Assembly: GCA_965233585.1 (NCBI GenBank)
Contig: CBDDTI010000747.1
Span: forward strand, 576,001 to 640,000
Source of the DNA: a bacterium
GTDB lineage: Bacteria; SAR324; NAC60-12
Direction: 5' to 3'
DNA length: 64,000 nt
Shown here one piece after another: positions 20,465-31,532 of the stretch (the first letter of the stretch is position 1; the number at the start of each line of letters is the position of its first letter). Both the position numbers and the translations under genes were made by a program. The notes below the pieces were generated by a model, which made no database searches, was not told where the DNA came from, and saw only the letters and a list, made by a program, of their open reading frames with translations.

Positions 20465-21589
20465 TTGGCTGAAGACTATTACAGTGTGCTGGGCGTTTCC
20501 AAAAGTGCCTCTGCCGACGAATTAAAAAAAGCATATCGCCAAATTGCCAAAAAATATCACCCCGACCGCAATCAAGGTGATGCTGCAGCAGAAGCGAAGT
20601 TTAAAGAAGCGACAGAAGCATACGAGGTGCTGTCTGACTCCCAAAAACGTTCTCAATACGACCGTTTTGGACATTCTGCCTTCAAACAAGCAGGAGGCGG
20701 TGCTGGAGCGGGTGGAGGTTTTAGCGATATTTTTGAGGCGGCTTTCCAAGGTGGAATGGGCGACGTTTTTGAGTCTTTTTTTGGTGGCGGAGGTAGCAGA
20801 AAACGGAGTTCAGCACAACGTGGAGCAGACTTGCAATATCATACAGAAGTAGAATTTGAAGAGGCTGTTTTTGGTGCAAGTGTTGAGGTTCAAATTCCAC
20901 GCCTGTCTTCTTGTGAAGACTGTCGGGGACACGGAGCAAAATCGCAATCAGACATTGAGGTTTGTCAAAATTGTGGTGGTGCAGGTCAAGTGAGAGTGCA
21001 GCAAGGATTTTTCAGCGTCACCACAGACTGTAGCACCTGTCGTGGAGTGGGAAAAAGTATTAAAAATCCTTGCAAAAAGTGTCGTGGTGCAGGACGAATC
21101 CGCGAAAACAAAAATTTAAAAATCAACATTCCTGCAGGTGTTGAAGATGGCAATAGAATTCGGATGACTGGCGAAGGAGAAGCAGGTTTGCGTGGGGGAC
21201 CTCCGGGCGATTTGTATGTCAGCATTCAAGTCAAGCCTCACGAGATTTTTATGCGTGAAGGCAATCAACTTTCATGCGACGTGCCTGTCAGTTTTCCAAC
21301 ACTGGCTCTTGGGGGGGCTGTTGAAGTGCCGACGTTAGAAGGTGTTGCAGAAATTAAAGTCCCAGCAGGTACACAAAGTCATAAGATTTTTCGCTTGCGT
21401 GGAAAAGGCGTCACTCATGTTCAAAGCAACGTTCGTGGAGATTTGCATGCCAGAATTATCGCAGAAACTCCAACAAATCTGACTGAACAGCAAAGACAAC
21501 TGCTTGAACAATTTCAGGAAAGTATGAAAGAAAGCCATACTCCCATCCTTGACAAATTTAAAGACAAGATTAAAAACTTGTTTTCTTAA
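20465..21589 (+). CDS. dnaJ: Chaperone DnaJ (TTG start)
   Basis: HPD motif, G/F-rich region, four CxxCxGxG repeats; AAGGAG RBS. Confidence 0.98.
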   Translation: MAEDYYSVLGVSKSASADELKKAYRQIAKKYHPDRNQGDAAAEAKFKEATEAYEVLSDSQKRSQYDRFGHSAFKQAGGGAGAGGGFSDIFEAAFQGGMGDVFESFFGGGGSRKRSSAQRGADLQYHTEVEFEEAVFGASVEVQIPRLSSCEDCRGHGAKSQSDIEVCQNCGGAGQVRVQQGFFSVTTDCSTCRGVGKSIKNPCKKCRGAGRIRENKNLKINIPAGVEDGNRIRMTGEGEAGLRGGPPGDLYVSIQVKPHEIFMREGNQLSCDVPVSFPTLALGGAVEVPTLEGVAEIKVPAGTQSHKIFRLRGKGVTHVQSNVRGDLHARIIAETPTNLTEQQRQLLEQFQESMKESHTPILDKFKDKIKNLFS

Positions 21590-21620
21590 ATTTCTGCCTC
21601 TTCCTTCCTTCAAACCAAAG

Positions 21621-21655
21621 ACTCTCTATTCTGGGTCATAGAGGGTTCCCTTTTT
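21621..21655 (+). terminator. Possible intrinsic terminator after dnaJ
   Basis: ACTCTCTAT..ATAGAGGGT stem (with a G-U pair) followed by CCC and a T5 run; weak. Confidence 0.3.
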
Positions 21656-21718
21656 CCAGACTCAATCCAATTTAAATCTACTAAATCTGTCAAATCTGCC
21701 AAATTTTTAGAGTGTTTA

Positions 21719-23281
21719 ATGACAATGTTTAAAATGTTTCATCAGACGTTTTGGAAAAATCCTATAAGCTGGTGGGGTTTTGCTTTGTTCCTCTGGTTCA
21801 CAGGAATTGGAGGGAGAGATTTGTATGCCTTGCCTGCATTGGTTGGGTTAGTTTGCTTTCTCATTCAATCTTTTTGTATTGATGACTTGCTCAAAAAGTC
21901 TGATTTACTCCTGAAACATCGCAAAGTGATTTTTTGCCTTTTTGGTGGCTTTTCCCTGCTCCTTTTTTTCACAGTCATTGCCAAAACTTATGCGTTTGCA
22001 TGGAATATTTACGATGTTGGGGTCAATAGCAATGTTGCCTACAATTTAAGTCAAGGCATCGCTTACAACTCATTTTTGCAAATGAAAAGTTGGGCAGACC
22101 ACTTTGTGCCATCATTGTTTGTTTTTGCTCCATTTTACTGGTTGAATCCTAACCCGCTGTGGTTGTTGGTCAGCAAACTGCTTTCCTATCTAGCTGTTCC
22201 TTTTGCACTCAATTATTGGTTAAGTTTTCAAAAAATCACTTCTGAAAAACGTTGGGGGTTAGTTGTTTTGCTCAGTGTGTGGTGGTTGATTCTATACAAA
22301 CCCGCAGTCAGTGGAAGGATTTTTGAGTTTTCTACATCAGCTCTTGCCCCCGCCCTTCTCGTGTTGTCATATAGTTTTTTGGAAAGGCGAAAGTGGCTGT
22401 TGTTCCTGCCAATCATCTTGTTTTTACTTGGTTTGAAAGAACACATGGGAGTCGTTTTACTAAGTTTTGGATTGCACAGCTTCTTTGCACGAGATTGCAA
22501 AAAAAGTGGTATTTTGTTAAGTAGTTTAGGGTTTATGATTGCACTGGGCAGTATTTTGGTGCTGATGCCTTACTTTAGAGATTACCAAGAGTTTGGAACA
22601 AAGCTTGCCCCATTTAATGACCTGCCACAAAAATCGTTTTATCTCGTCAAGTTGCTTGCTCCTTTGGCTTTTCTTCCCCTCATTTTTTGGAGACATGGAG
22701 TGTTGGCATTGCCTGCGGTGGGTGTCAATTTGGTTGCTGACCGTCCCAACATGTACAGCACTTGGTATCACTACAACGATTTGGTTTCAACATTTTTGTT
22801 GATGGCAGTCGCTTTGATTCTGATAGAGCATCACACTGTGTTAGCTCGTTGGTTTCGGGGAAAGTGGGGCAAGGCTTCTTTCGCTGGGTTTGTTGCATCA
22901 GTTTTCGTCACTTTACCACCTTACAGTCCTGTCCTTGATTTTTTGAATCATCTGCCAACTGAAACACATTGGCAGGTGAGAAAAGAATTGAAGAAACTGG
23001 AGAATGAATTTGCCACCGAATCTTTGGCTTTACAAGCGGCACTCGGTCCACAGGTGTATCGTTTATTGGTGAGTCGTATCCTCCAAAACCAGCAAACCCA
23101 AGCATGTCAAGCAATTCCCATAGAAGGACAACCTCCCCAAATTTGGGTGCTATCTCGCCACGTTGGACACCACGAAATAGACGACTTGGAACAATGTATT
23201 CAAAGCCTTGAATCTTCCAATCAATTCACTAAAAAACTTGGCTATCAAACCTTGCTTGTCTTTGAACGAAAGGCATCATAA
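21719..23281 (+). CDS. DUF2079-like multi-TM membrane protein (GT-C fold-like)
   Basis: YDVG..N, DHFVP and LKE motifs with many TM helices. Confidence 0.7.
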   Translation: MTMFKMFHQTFWKNPISWWGFALFLWFTGIGGRDLYALPALVGLVCFLIQSFCIDDLLKKSDLLLKHRKVIFCLFGGFSLLLFFTVIAKTYAFAWNIYDVGVNSNVAYNLSQGIAYNSFLQMKSWADHFVPSLFVFAPFYWLNPNPLWLLVSKLLSYLAVPFALNYWLSFQKITSEKRWGLVVLLSVWWLILYKPAVSGRIFEFSTSALAPALLVLSYSFLERRKWLLFLPIILFLLGLKEHMGVVLLSFGLHSFFARDCKKSGILLSSLGFMIALGSILVLMPYFRDYQEFGTKLAPFNDLPQKSFYLVKLLAPLAFLPLIFWRHGVLALPAVGVNLVADRPNMYSTWYHYNDLVSTFLLMAVALILIEHHTVLARWFRGKWGKASFAGFVASVFVTLPPYSPVLDFLNHLPTETHWQVRKELKKLENEFATESLALQAALGPQVYRLLVSRILQNQQTQACQAIPIEGQPPQIWVLSRHVGHHEIDDLEQCIQSLESSNQFTKKLGYQTLLVFERKAS

Positions 23282-23338
23282 AGTTTTTTATGATTGTGAT
23301 GTGCAAATCTGGGTAGGGACTTCTTAAAGAATCAAAAT

Positions 23339-24247
23339 TTAAGAGTTTTGATTTTCAAGGTCAAAGTTATAAATGTGAGTGTCAAAGGTGTTGTAATCCT
23401 GATAGCCAAGAGTTTGATAAAGTTCTTGTCGTGTTTGCATCTGATGAAGCAAGTCATTTTGATGCCCTTTGTTGCGAATGTCTTGCAAGCCTTTAACTGT
23501 CGCATACATTGCCAAACGCCATGTTGTAACAGGATAAATGACCATGTTGTAACCCAAATCTTGAAGTTCTTGAAAGGTGAACAAATCAGACTTGCCAAAC
23601 TCTGTCATATTGGCAAGCAGTGGGACATCAGTTGCTTGGCGAACGGCTTCAAACTCTAAAAGATTGTTTAAGGCTTCAGGAAAAATCATGTCTGCTCCTG
23701 CATCAACGTATGCTTGAATGCGTTGAATCGTGCCTTCCAAGCCTTCACTAGCACGTGAATCGGTTCGTGCAATGATGAGGAAGTTTGGGTCTCTTCTGCT
23801 TTGGGTGGCGGCAATGATTTTTTTCACCATGTCATTTTGGCTAATGACCGATTTATGGTCTAAATGCCCGCACCGCTTTGGCATGACTTGGTCTTCAATA
23901 TGACAGCCTGCAAGACCTGCTTGTTCTAAAAGCTGAATAGTACGGGCTGTATTGATTGGTTCACCAAATCCTGTATCAGCATCAATGATGCAAGGCAGAT
24001 TTATGGCTCTGGCAATTTGCGACCCGCGATGTGCCACCTCGCTAACACTAGTCAAGCCTATGTCAGGGAGTCCTAAATCTGCAGCCAAAACTGCCCCAGA
24101 AATATACACGGCAGGAAATCCAGCCTTTTCAACTTCCATAGCAACCATTGGGGCAAAAGCCCCAGGAGCTTGCAAAAGTGTTCCTGATGCTAATTGGCGT
24201 CGCAAAGTCTGCCTTTTGGCAGAATCTGATTGATGAACATGTAACAT
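23339..24247 (-). CDS. prpB: 2-methylisocitrate lyase
   Basis: GLPDIG, DADTGFG, IEDQVMPKRCGH, LLANMTEFGK. Confidence 0.93.
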   Translation of the reverse strand: MLHVHQSDSAKRQTLRRQLASGTLLQAPGAFAPMVAMEVEKAGFPAVYISGAVLAADLGLPDIGLTSVSEVAHRGSQIARAINLPCIIDADTGFGEPINTARTIQLLEQAGLAGCHIEDQVMPKRCGHLDHKSVISQNDMVKKIIAATQSRRDPNFLIIARTDSRASEGLEGTIQRIQAYVDAGADMIFPEALNNLLEFEAVRQATDVPLLANMTEFGKSDLFTFQELQDLGYNMVIYPVTTWRLAMYATVKGLQDIRNKGHQNDLLHQMQTRQELYQTLGYQDYNTFDTHIYNFDLENQNS

Positions 24248-24248
24248 T

Positions 24249-25766
24249 TTAAAAAATCCCTTCGGCTTGATTGGTCAACAACTGTTCACAAGGAATAGTG
24301 ATATTGAGTTGTTGAACTTCTGATGCAGTCAAAAGCGGAAGACGTTGGACAAGGTTTAAAAAACGTTCCTGTTCTGGCTTGGAAACAATTCCATCAACAA
24401 GGCTTTGAAACTTTTTAAGATAATCTTGCCTTCCAAAAGGCTTCTTCCCCAAAGGGTGTGCGTTAGCAACAGCTTGTTCCTGCACAATCTTTTCACCATT
24501 TTTTAAAAAGATTTCAATACGTCCTCCAAATGCCTTAATTTTAGGGTCTGCTGCATGATAACGTTTTGTCCATGCTTGGTCTTCTATGGTTTGGATTTTA
24601 TGCCATAACTGGACTGTATCAGGACGTTTGGCTCGGTCTGGAAGGTATGAATGTTCGTGATGCCATCTTCCATCTTGGAGAGCAACTGCCATGATGTACA
24701 TAATGGAGTGGTCTAATGTTTCACGGCTAGCATCAGGGGCAAACTTTTGGGGGTCATTTGCACCTGTTCCAATGACATAATGTGTATGATGTGAGGTATA
24801 GAGAAAGATTTTTTGCACCTGACTCCAATCACCACCTGTTTTTGCATTGATGATCTTTCTTAAATCAAAGCATAAATCAATGATGGCTTGTGATTGATAT
24901 TCTGCAGAATATTCTTTGGTATAGGTTTCAAGAATGGCACGTTTCGCCTCTCCTTGTTCTGGGAGTGAGACAAAATATTGAGAATCCTTGCCATCTAAAA
25001 GCCATGCTAAGACAGAGTCTTCTCCTTCGTAAATGGGAGATGGTGCTTGCTCTCCACGCATACAACGATCCACCGCTTCAATCGCAAGTTTAGTCGCATG
25101 AGCAGGAGCATAAGCCTTCCAGCTTGAAATCTCTCCTTTACGCGATTGCCTTGTGGTGCAAGTCGTGTGTAATGCCTGTTGAATGGCTTGATAGATGATG
25201 TTAGTCTCCAAACAAAGCAATGTTCCCAAACCTCCTGCTGTTGCCACTCCAACATGGGCAATATGGTCAATTTTATGTTGATGCAAACAAATGCCTTTGA
25301 CCAGATTGACATGCAACTCATAAGCGGTTGCAATGGCATGAAGCAACGCATTGCCATCTTGTCCTTTTTGTTGTGCCACAGCAATCAATGGGGGAATGTT
25401 GTCAGCAGGGTGTGAGTATTCTGCCGCAAGAAACGTATCGTGATAGTCCAGTTCTCGCACAGCAGTCCCATTTGCCCATGCCGCCCATTCTGCACAAACA
25501 GTGACCCGATGAGGTAAGCCAAACAGTGTCGCTCCGTTTTCTCTGGGGTGTGCTAATGCCATCGCACGAGCAGACAGAACAGACTGACGATTAATTGAAG
25601 CCATTGCCACCGCAACATTGTCAATGATGCGATTGATTACCATGTCAGCTACATCTTCATCAACCTTTGCGTCATCGCTAGCCACGCATGCCATTTTCCA
25701 TGAAAATTGTTCTTCTTTTTTTAATAACGATGTTTCAGGGTGAACACAAATCGTGTGACGTTTCAT
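24249..25766 (-). CDS. prpD: 2-methylcitrate dehydratase (MmgE/PrpD family)
   Basis: [34 protein letters not shown]; adjacent to prpB. Confidence 0.9.
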   Translation of the reverse strand: MKRHTICVHPETSLLKKEEQFSWKMACVASDDAKVDEDVADMVINRIIDNVAVAMASINRQSVLSARAMALAHPRENGATLFGLPHRVTVCAEWAAWANGTAVRELDYHDTFLAAEYSHPADNIPPLIAVAQQKGQDGNALLHAIATAYELHVNLVKGICLHQHKIDHIAHVGVATAGGLGTLLCLETNIIYQAIQQALHTTCTTRQSRKGEISSWKAYAPAHATKLAIEAVDRCMRGEQAPSPIYEGEDSVLAWLLDGKDSQYFVSLPEQGEAKRAILETYTKEYSAEYQSQAIIDLCFDLRKIINAKTGGDWSQVQKIFLYTSHHTHYVIGTGANDPQKFAPDASRETLDHSIMYIMAVALQDGRWHHEHSYLPDRAKRPDTVQLWHKIQTIEDQAWTKRYHAADPKIKAFGGRIEIFLKNGEKIVQEQAVANAHPLGKKPFGRQDYLKKFQSLVDGIVSKPEQERFLNLVQRLPLLTASEVQQLNITIPCEQLLTNQAEGIF

Positions 25767-26015
25767 AGTATTTTTTTAAGATGTTGCAACAGCCTCTTTC
25801 AAGACCAGCTAAAGAAAACTCTTTTTGACCAATGCCATGCTGTCAAACCAACCGAACTACTTAAGACAGCTCGTTAGCGTTTCTCCTCCCTTATTTCTCA
25901 AAAGCCATTTGGCAAATCAAGTTTGATTTTGACAGACTGGCAATGACAAGTTAGCTCAACATGTCAAAGAATTATTTTTTATTTGACTTTGTTTATCTGA
26001 CTTTTGAGAAAGATT

Positions 26016-26849
26016 TTAGGCATTCACAGTGATTTGTTCTTGTGTGCCAAGTTTGTCAATAGTGAGTGTCATTTTTTGATTTGGCTTCAAGTAAAGAGGG
26101 TCAGGCTTTTGTCCCATTCCCACACCCGGAGGCGTGCCAGTAGAAATCAAATCACCCGGCAAAAGTGTCATAAATTGTGATAAATAAGCCACCAAAAAAG
26201 GAATTTTGTAGTGCATGTTATTCGTTGTGCTGTCTTGATAAACCTTGCCGTCAACGCTCAGTGTCAAATGCAAATCATCTTCATTGCCCACTTCATCTTT
26301 GGTGACCAAATAAGGACCGATTGGCGAAAAAGTGTCATGGCTTTTGCCCTTTGTCCATTGTCCACTTCGTTCAATTTGGAACTCTCGTTCTGAAAGATCA
26401 TTGACGATAGTATAGCCCGCAATATGCTCATACGCCTCTGCTTCTGTGATATATTTTGCTTTTTTGCCAATGATGACACCAAGCTCCACTTCCCAGTCTG
26501 TTTTTTTAGAGTTTTTGGGAATTTCTACATGGTCGTATGCTCCAACAATAGAGCTTGTTGCTTTCATAAAAATCATAGGTTCAGGTGGAATTTCAAGTCC
26601 ACTTTCCTTAGCATGGTCTGAATAGTTGAGTCCGATACAAATGATTTTACCAATCTGGTCAACAGGAGGTGCAATGCGGTCATATTGTTCCACCTTTGGC
26701 AACTTTTCTACATGGATTTGAGAAGACAAAAGTTTTCCTAACGTCTGCGGGTTGATGTCTTCTACAACAGAAGAAAGGTCATAAAAATCATCTTCCACTT
26801 TGATTGCAGGTTTTGTTTGATTCTGTGTTGTGTATCGTAAAAATTTCAT
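26016..26849 (-). CDS. Fumarylacetoacetate-hydrolase family protein (probable diketo-deoxy sugar acid hydrolase)
   Basis: CIGLNY, DWEVEL, NDLSER, KGKSHD, TGTPPGVG; lies downstream of mutarotase and SDR remnants. Confidence 0.88.
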   Translation of the reverse strand: MKFLRYTTQNQTKPAIKVEDDFYDLSSVVEDINPQTLGKLLSSQIHVEKLPKVEQYDRIAPPVDQIGKIICIGLNYSDHAKESGLEIPPEPMIFMKATSSIVGAYDHVEIPKNSKKTDWEVELGVIIGKKAKYITEAEAYEHIAGYTIVNDLSEREFQIERSGQWTKGKSHDTFSPIGPYLVTKDEVGNEDDLHLTLSVDGKVYQDSTTNNMHYKIPFLVAYLSQFMTLLPGDLISTGTPPGVGMGQKPDPLYLKPNQKMTLTIDKLGTQEQITVNA

Positions 26850-27046
26850 ATCGTTTTCTTGATTGAATGTTGAGTTTAAGTTGGATAGTTAAAATGATTT
26901 TAAAAAATAGACAAAATGAATAACAAAACATAAGGAATCATCATAAAAATTGGTATAAATTTCTCTATTTTTGTCAGTTGAAAATAGGTTTTCGTCTGTT
27001 GACCTTCTTTGAGTAACTCCCATTCTTTTTTATAAAACGGATATCT

Positions 27047-27806
27047 GGCATTGTTAAGTAATAAGTGATAGCTGATTATTCCGTTTTGCCATGAACAAAA
27101 GAACAGAATATTGTAATGCTTTAAGAGACTTGCTGTAACATTTGGTTTTCCTTCTCATTCTTGCCAAGAAATGTCTCAAGAGAGAATTATACCCTTCTAT
27201 CGTGTATGTTTCTGCCTTGGAACATGTATGAATTTCTTTGGGAATGACTTGTTTGTAAGCCTTGCAGTGATCAGTCATCACCTGAAGAGGTTTTGTTTCC
27301 TTGACCTTGTCCCATAAATGCCTACAGGCTTTTGAGTCTCTGTTTCCAAGCACACAATTGATAAATTGCTTCCCACATCTATCAACAGCAATCCAGAGCC
27401 AGCAGTAGTTTTTTTTGACTGGATGTAGGTGTGCATTTCATCAATTTCCATAATTTCAATGTCTGTGTCCTTTCTTAATGCCTTGAGCTGTTCGCCAAAA
27501 CTACAGACCCAATTATAAACTGAAACATGAGAACAATTCAGCAAACGACCGATTGACCTGAAACCAAGACCCTCCAAATACAACTCTAATGCTCTTCTTT
27601 TGATCTGTGGTGAGATTTGACCACGATAGGACTTGGTATATTGATAGTTGCAGGCATTGCAACGCCTCCTCGGTTTACCATATAAGAAACCATTCTTAAC
27701 CGTCTTCTCACTTTCACATCTAGGACACGACTTCATTGCTACACCATGACTATCAATTCAATTAAATGAACTTAATATCGCATATCACTTATAGTTTAAC
27801 AATACC
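27047..27806 (-). mobile_element. IS1-family insertion sequence, 760 bp
   Basis: 24-bp terminal IRs (GGCATTGTTAAGTAATAAGTGATA vs GGTATTGTTAAACTATAAGTGATA, 20/24 identical); 8-bp TSD GGATATCT at 27039-27046 and 27807-27814; InsA/InsB ORFs inside. Confidence 0.95.
27054..27736 (-). CDS. insAB: IS1-family transposase (InsA+InsB) expressed by -1 programmed frameshift
   Basis: Zinc finger CPRC..CNAC, HTH GLGFRSIGRLL, EIDEMH, TDHC, IEGYN DDE motifs; slippery A8C run at 27416-27408 shifts into KNYCWLWIAVDR. Confidence 0.92.
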
Positions 27807-28119
27807 GGATATCTTAATTGCTGCTCCAAACCATGAATTGCTTTAAACTTTCCAGAATTTAATTGCTTGTATGAATGAATATTAATCAGCCATATAAGGC
27901 AAAGGATCATGCCCAGAATAGAAAAAACAAGGAGTATGATTTTTCCATGCCATACAAGCAGATCTTTATTAAAAAGCAAGGTTACAAAAGCAAATAAACC
28001 TGACAATAAGGCAATGTAAAAACGATTTGTTTGTAACCGCCTTTGGCTCACTCTATCTGCCATTTCTACATGCAGTTTATAAATTTCTAATAATTCTTGT
28101 TGAGTTTCCATTTCACTAA

Positions 28120-28533
28120 CTATTTGGTTAATTTTTGAATTGCATCAACAATACTTTTTGTATTCCAACGAACGATTTCATCAGCATTGTCTTTGACATG
28201 TTGTGAAGTTCTTTCACTAGCCCATGGTTCTATTGCGACAATAGGTTTTTGCCATGTCTCACTTTTTTTAGCAACTTCTACTTCAATATTGATCCATTTA
28301 CTATAAGTGGAATAAACTCCTGCTAAAACTAAGACGACATGACAATTTCTTATTTTTTCTGTAATGGCTTCTCGTAATTCTTTGTTAGTACCATCGGTAT
28401 GAATAGGATTATCTTTCGGCACAGAAAAATTGTTATACTCAAAGCCATCTGCTTGATCCAACAAATTTACTAGATGATCATATTGTTGCTTATATGTCCA
28501 TGAATGACTAATAAATAAATTGTAAATTTTCAT
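28120..28533 (-). CDS. TIR-like domain protein (MTH538/DUF1863, ThsB-like)
   Basis: YNLFISHSW, SVP, VLAGVYSTYSKWINIEV with catalytic-position Glu, KPIVAI, IVRWNTKSIVDAI; AAGGA RBS. Confidence 0.88.
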   Translation of the reverse strand: MKIYNLFISHSWTYKQQYDHLVNLLDQADGFEYNNFSVPKDNPIHTDGTNKELREAITEKIRNCHVVLVLAGVYSTYSKWINIEVEVAKKSETWQKPIVAIEPWASERTSQHVKDNADEIVRWNTKSIVDAIQKLTK

Positions 28534-28555
28534 ATTTATTCCTTATTTTAAGTTA

Positions 28556-29177
<622 letters not shown>

Positions 29178-29187
29178 AGTTTGTCCC

Positions 29188-30252
29188 TTATTTTAGTTGG
29201 GCACTCATTTTCTTTTCCCAATCCTTCACATTTTTCCAACTTCTTTTGAACCATTCAGATGTTAAGTAGTAGTCTTCACCTAAAAAACGATAAATCTTTT
29301 TATAATAACGAGGCAATTTTATCTCTCCGCCTTCTATCTTTCTTCTCAATACAGGATAATTGATATTAAAAACTTTTTTTGAATAATCTTTATCCAACAA
29401 ATTTTGAATTTCTTGTGATGTTAAATTTTTTTGAGTTTCTAGTTTTTCAAATAATTTTTGAACATATTTACCAATTTTCATTCCATCTTCAGTTGGCTGT
29501 TGTGGCACGAGTTTACAGTCAATAGCCTGATTTTGATTAGGTTTAGGAGATGTTGATGCTTCCCAACTTTTGATAGTACTTTGACATGTTTCTTGTTCGT
29601 CTTGACAGATCAATTTGACTTCTAATTCTCCAAACACCTCATCAATCACTTCAGGAGCATATTGATCTTGTAAAGAATTTTTAATCAATCTTGTTACAGA
29701 ATCTAAAAAACTTGTATCTTGAATGTGTTCTCTCAAATCTTGTTTTGCTTTTTGTCCTTGTACAAATTTTTCTAACTTATCAAAGCTAAAGCGAGATTTG
29801 TCAAATAACTCCACAAAACAATCTCCCTTTTTTGACTTTGTATTTAATGGGATTATCTCAATTAAAGTAGGCTCTTGGGATTGTTTTAATTTCCCATCAT
29901 AAAAAATCTGTATCTCACTTCCTATCAATAGTCCATAATCAAGTTTGAGCTGTCTCATGTATGAAAAAAGTTGTCCGTGATGTTGAGAGTTAATGTGAAT
30001 GCTTGGTCTTTTCACTTCAACAACAAACACAGGTTTTGAATCATCTGTTTTAAATAATAAATCAGGTTCAATTCTATTTTGAGAACCCACTCTAAGTGTG
30101 CGTCTCCTTTCAATATTTTTTAAATATTCTTTCCAACCTAATTCTCCGAATGCTTGAACAATTTTATCTTCAAATTGTTTTTCGTCAGTATTTTGATTGA
30201 TCCCTTGTAAAAGGTAAAAGTGAAATGCCGACCATTTGTTGTTGTTTTCCAT
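29188..30252 (-). CDS. Stand-alone HsdR_N-like PD-(D/E)xK endonuclease protein with a C-terminal domain of unknown function
   Basis: IEPDLLF..FVVEVKRP..QLFSYM; C-terminal KIGKYVQ..YSKKVFNINYPVL..RYY..YYLTSEWF domain. Confidence 0.75.
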   Translation of the reverse strand: MENNNKWSAFHFYLLQGINQNTDEKQFEDKIVQAFGELGWKEYLKNIERRRTLRVGSQNRIEPDLLFKTDDSKPVFVVEVKRPSIHINSQHHGQLFSYMRQLKLDYGLLIGSEIQIFYDGKLKQSQEPTLIEIIPLNTKSKKGDCFVELFDKSRFSFDKLEKFVQGQKAKQDLREHIQDTSFLDSVTRLIKNSLQDQYAPEVIDEVFGELEVKLICQDEQETCQSTIKSWEASTSPKPNQNQAIDCKLVPQQPTEDGMKIGKYVQKLFEKLETQKNLTSQEIQNLLDKDYSKKVFNINYPVLRRKIEGGEIKLPRYYKKIYRFLGEDYYLTSEWFKRSWKNVKDWEKKMSAQLK

Positions 30253-30563
30253 AGCTACTTCTTAACGATTGGATAAAATTTGGAAGTCTAACCTACTGAA
30301 AAACTTTGGTCAAGACTTCTTGAATTTGAGAAGTAAAAAACCATTTTGACTAACCTAAAATTGACATTAAGGTTTTTAGTCAGCTTAGACAATTCTGCTT
30401 AATACAAAAGACTGAGCAGCCACATTGAAAAGTCAGGAATGAATGTCACCAACAAAAGTGTGATAAATAAGGGGATTAAAAATTTAATTTTAACAGCAAA
30501 AAAGAGTTAGGAAGGTTACTATTTGAGGTAAGGATTACAAAAATCTCTTGGGCTAAAGACGTG

Positions 30564-31532
30564 TTATTTGCAAAGATTCATGGTGGGGAGGTCGTGTTCT
30601 GTCTGGATTTTTATGCCTTCTTTCTCAAAATTAACAGAAACGTGTCCATGAAGTCCCGAGACATAGTTAGGAACTTTCCTTGATTCAAAATAAGTGCGTG
30701 GACGTTGACTTCGTTCAGCACAAAATAAACCTTTATGAGTAGAAGTCAAGGCGTATCTAGGATTCACTTTGTCAAAAAAAGAGTTGGGAGCTAAGCCTTC
30801 TGTGCCATGGTGAGGGACTTGGAGAATATCTGACTGTAAGTCTTTTCCGTGTTCTGCTAAAAATTTTCCATTAAAACGGTTTAAATCTCCTGTCAATAAT
30901 AGTTTTTTTTCATTCTTCTCTACTTTCATAATCAATGACATGTCATTGATGTCTAATTTTTCTGGAACATCAACCATGATGGGATCGTATTCTTTGAAGG
31001 CGTAGAGTAACCTAATCGCGACTTCTCCAAACTGGAAAGTTCTGGGCTCCCAAATCTCCAATACTTCTCCACCACTTTGTCGCAACATGTCTCTTGTCTG
31101 CAAGATGTGTTGATAATCACAACCCCATGGGATTTCTTTGCTACATTGTTCTTGGTCAGGTAAATTGAAGTAGGTGGTTTGAATTTTTATTCCGTGTTTC
31201 AGAAGGTCTGGAATGGAGCCGTAATGGTCTTTATGCGGGTGAGATACAAACAACAAATCAATCTTTTTGATTTGGTATTGGTCTAAAAATTCTAACAAAT
31301 TTGGGGCTTCAGAAGGGTAACCTGTGTCAATCAAAATAATTTTTTCTTCAGGTTCTTTGGCATAAACCAAAAACGCATCTGATTGTATTCCATGATTGAC
31401 ATTGATCATTGTAAAATCTGCTAAATCTTTTCTTGGATTTGTCAAAGAATTGAATCTCAAAGAATTTTGATTCCCACAAGCAAGATTTAAAAATAATATA
31501 AAAAACATGACGATAAGCAAACGATAGTGCAT
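30564..31532 (-). CDS. Exported metallo-beta-lactamase-fold hydrolase (ComEC/Rec2 C-terminal-like), probable lipoprotein
   Basis: LAC lipobox-like motif, LIDTG, SHPHKDH, NDMS, LTGD, VPHHG. Confidence 0.85.
   Translation of the reverse strand: MHYRLLIVMFFILFLNLACGNQNSLRFNSLTNPRKDLADFTMINVNHGIQSDAFLVYAKEPEEKIILIDTGYPSEAPNLLEFLDQYQIKKIDLLFVSHPHKDHYGSIPDLLKHGIKIQTTYFNLPDQEQCSKEIPWGCDYQHILQTRDMLRQSGGEVLEIWEPRTFQFGEVAIRLLYAFKEYDPIMVDVPEKLDINDMSLIMKVEKNEKKLLLTGDLNRFNGKFLAEHGKDLQSDILQVPHHGTEGLAPNSFFDKVNPRYALTSTHKGLFCAERSQRPRTYFESRKVPNYVSGLHGHVSVNFEKEGIKIQTEHDLPTMNLCK

Larger units (their letters stand above)
26900..28111 (-). pseudogene. 3-TM membrane protein (putative TIR-associated effector) split by IS1; reconstructed length 147 aa
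   Basis: 5' part 28111-27807 (METQQ...EQQLRYP) joins in frame with 27038-26900 (FYKKEWELLKEGQQTKTYFQLTKIEKFIPIFMMIPYVLLFILSIF*) when the IS and one TSD are removed: 305+139=444 nt. Confidence 0.9.

Noticed and set aside
25914..25929. Palindrome AAATCAA-gt-TTGATTT upstream of prpD
   Set aside because: Short, AT-rich and single-copy; half-sites are inverted relative to an FNR box and no regulator gene is nearby.
27785..28111. 108-aa ORF treated as a complete gene
   Set aside because: Its last residues (VLLNYK*) come from the IS end; the true C-terminus lies at 27038-26900.
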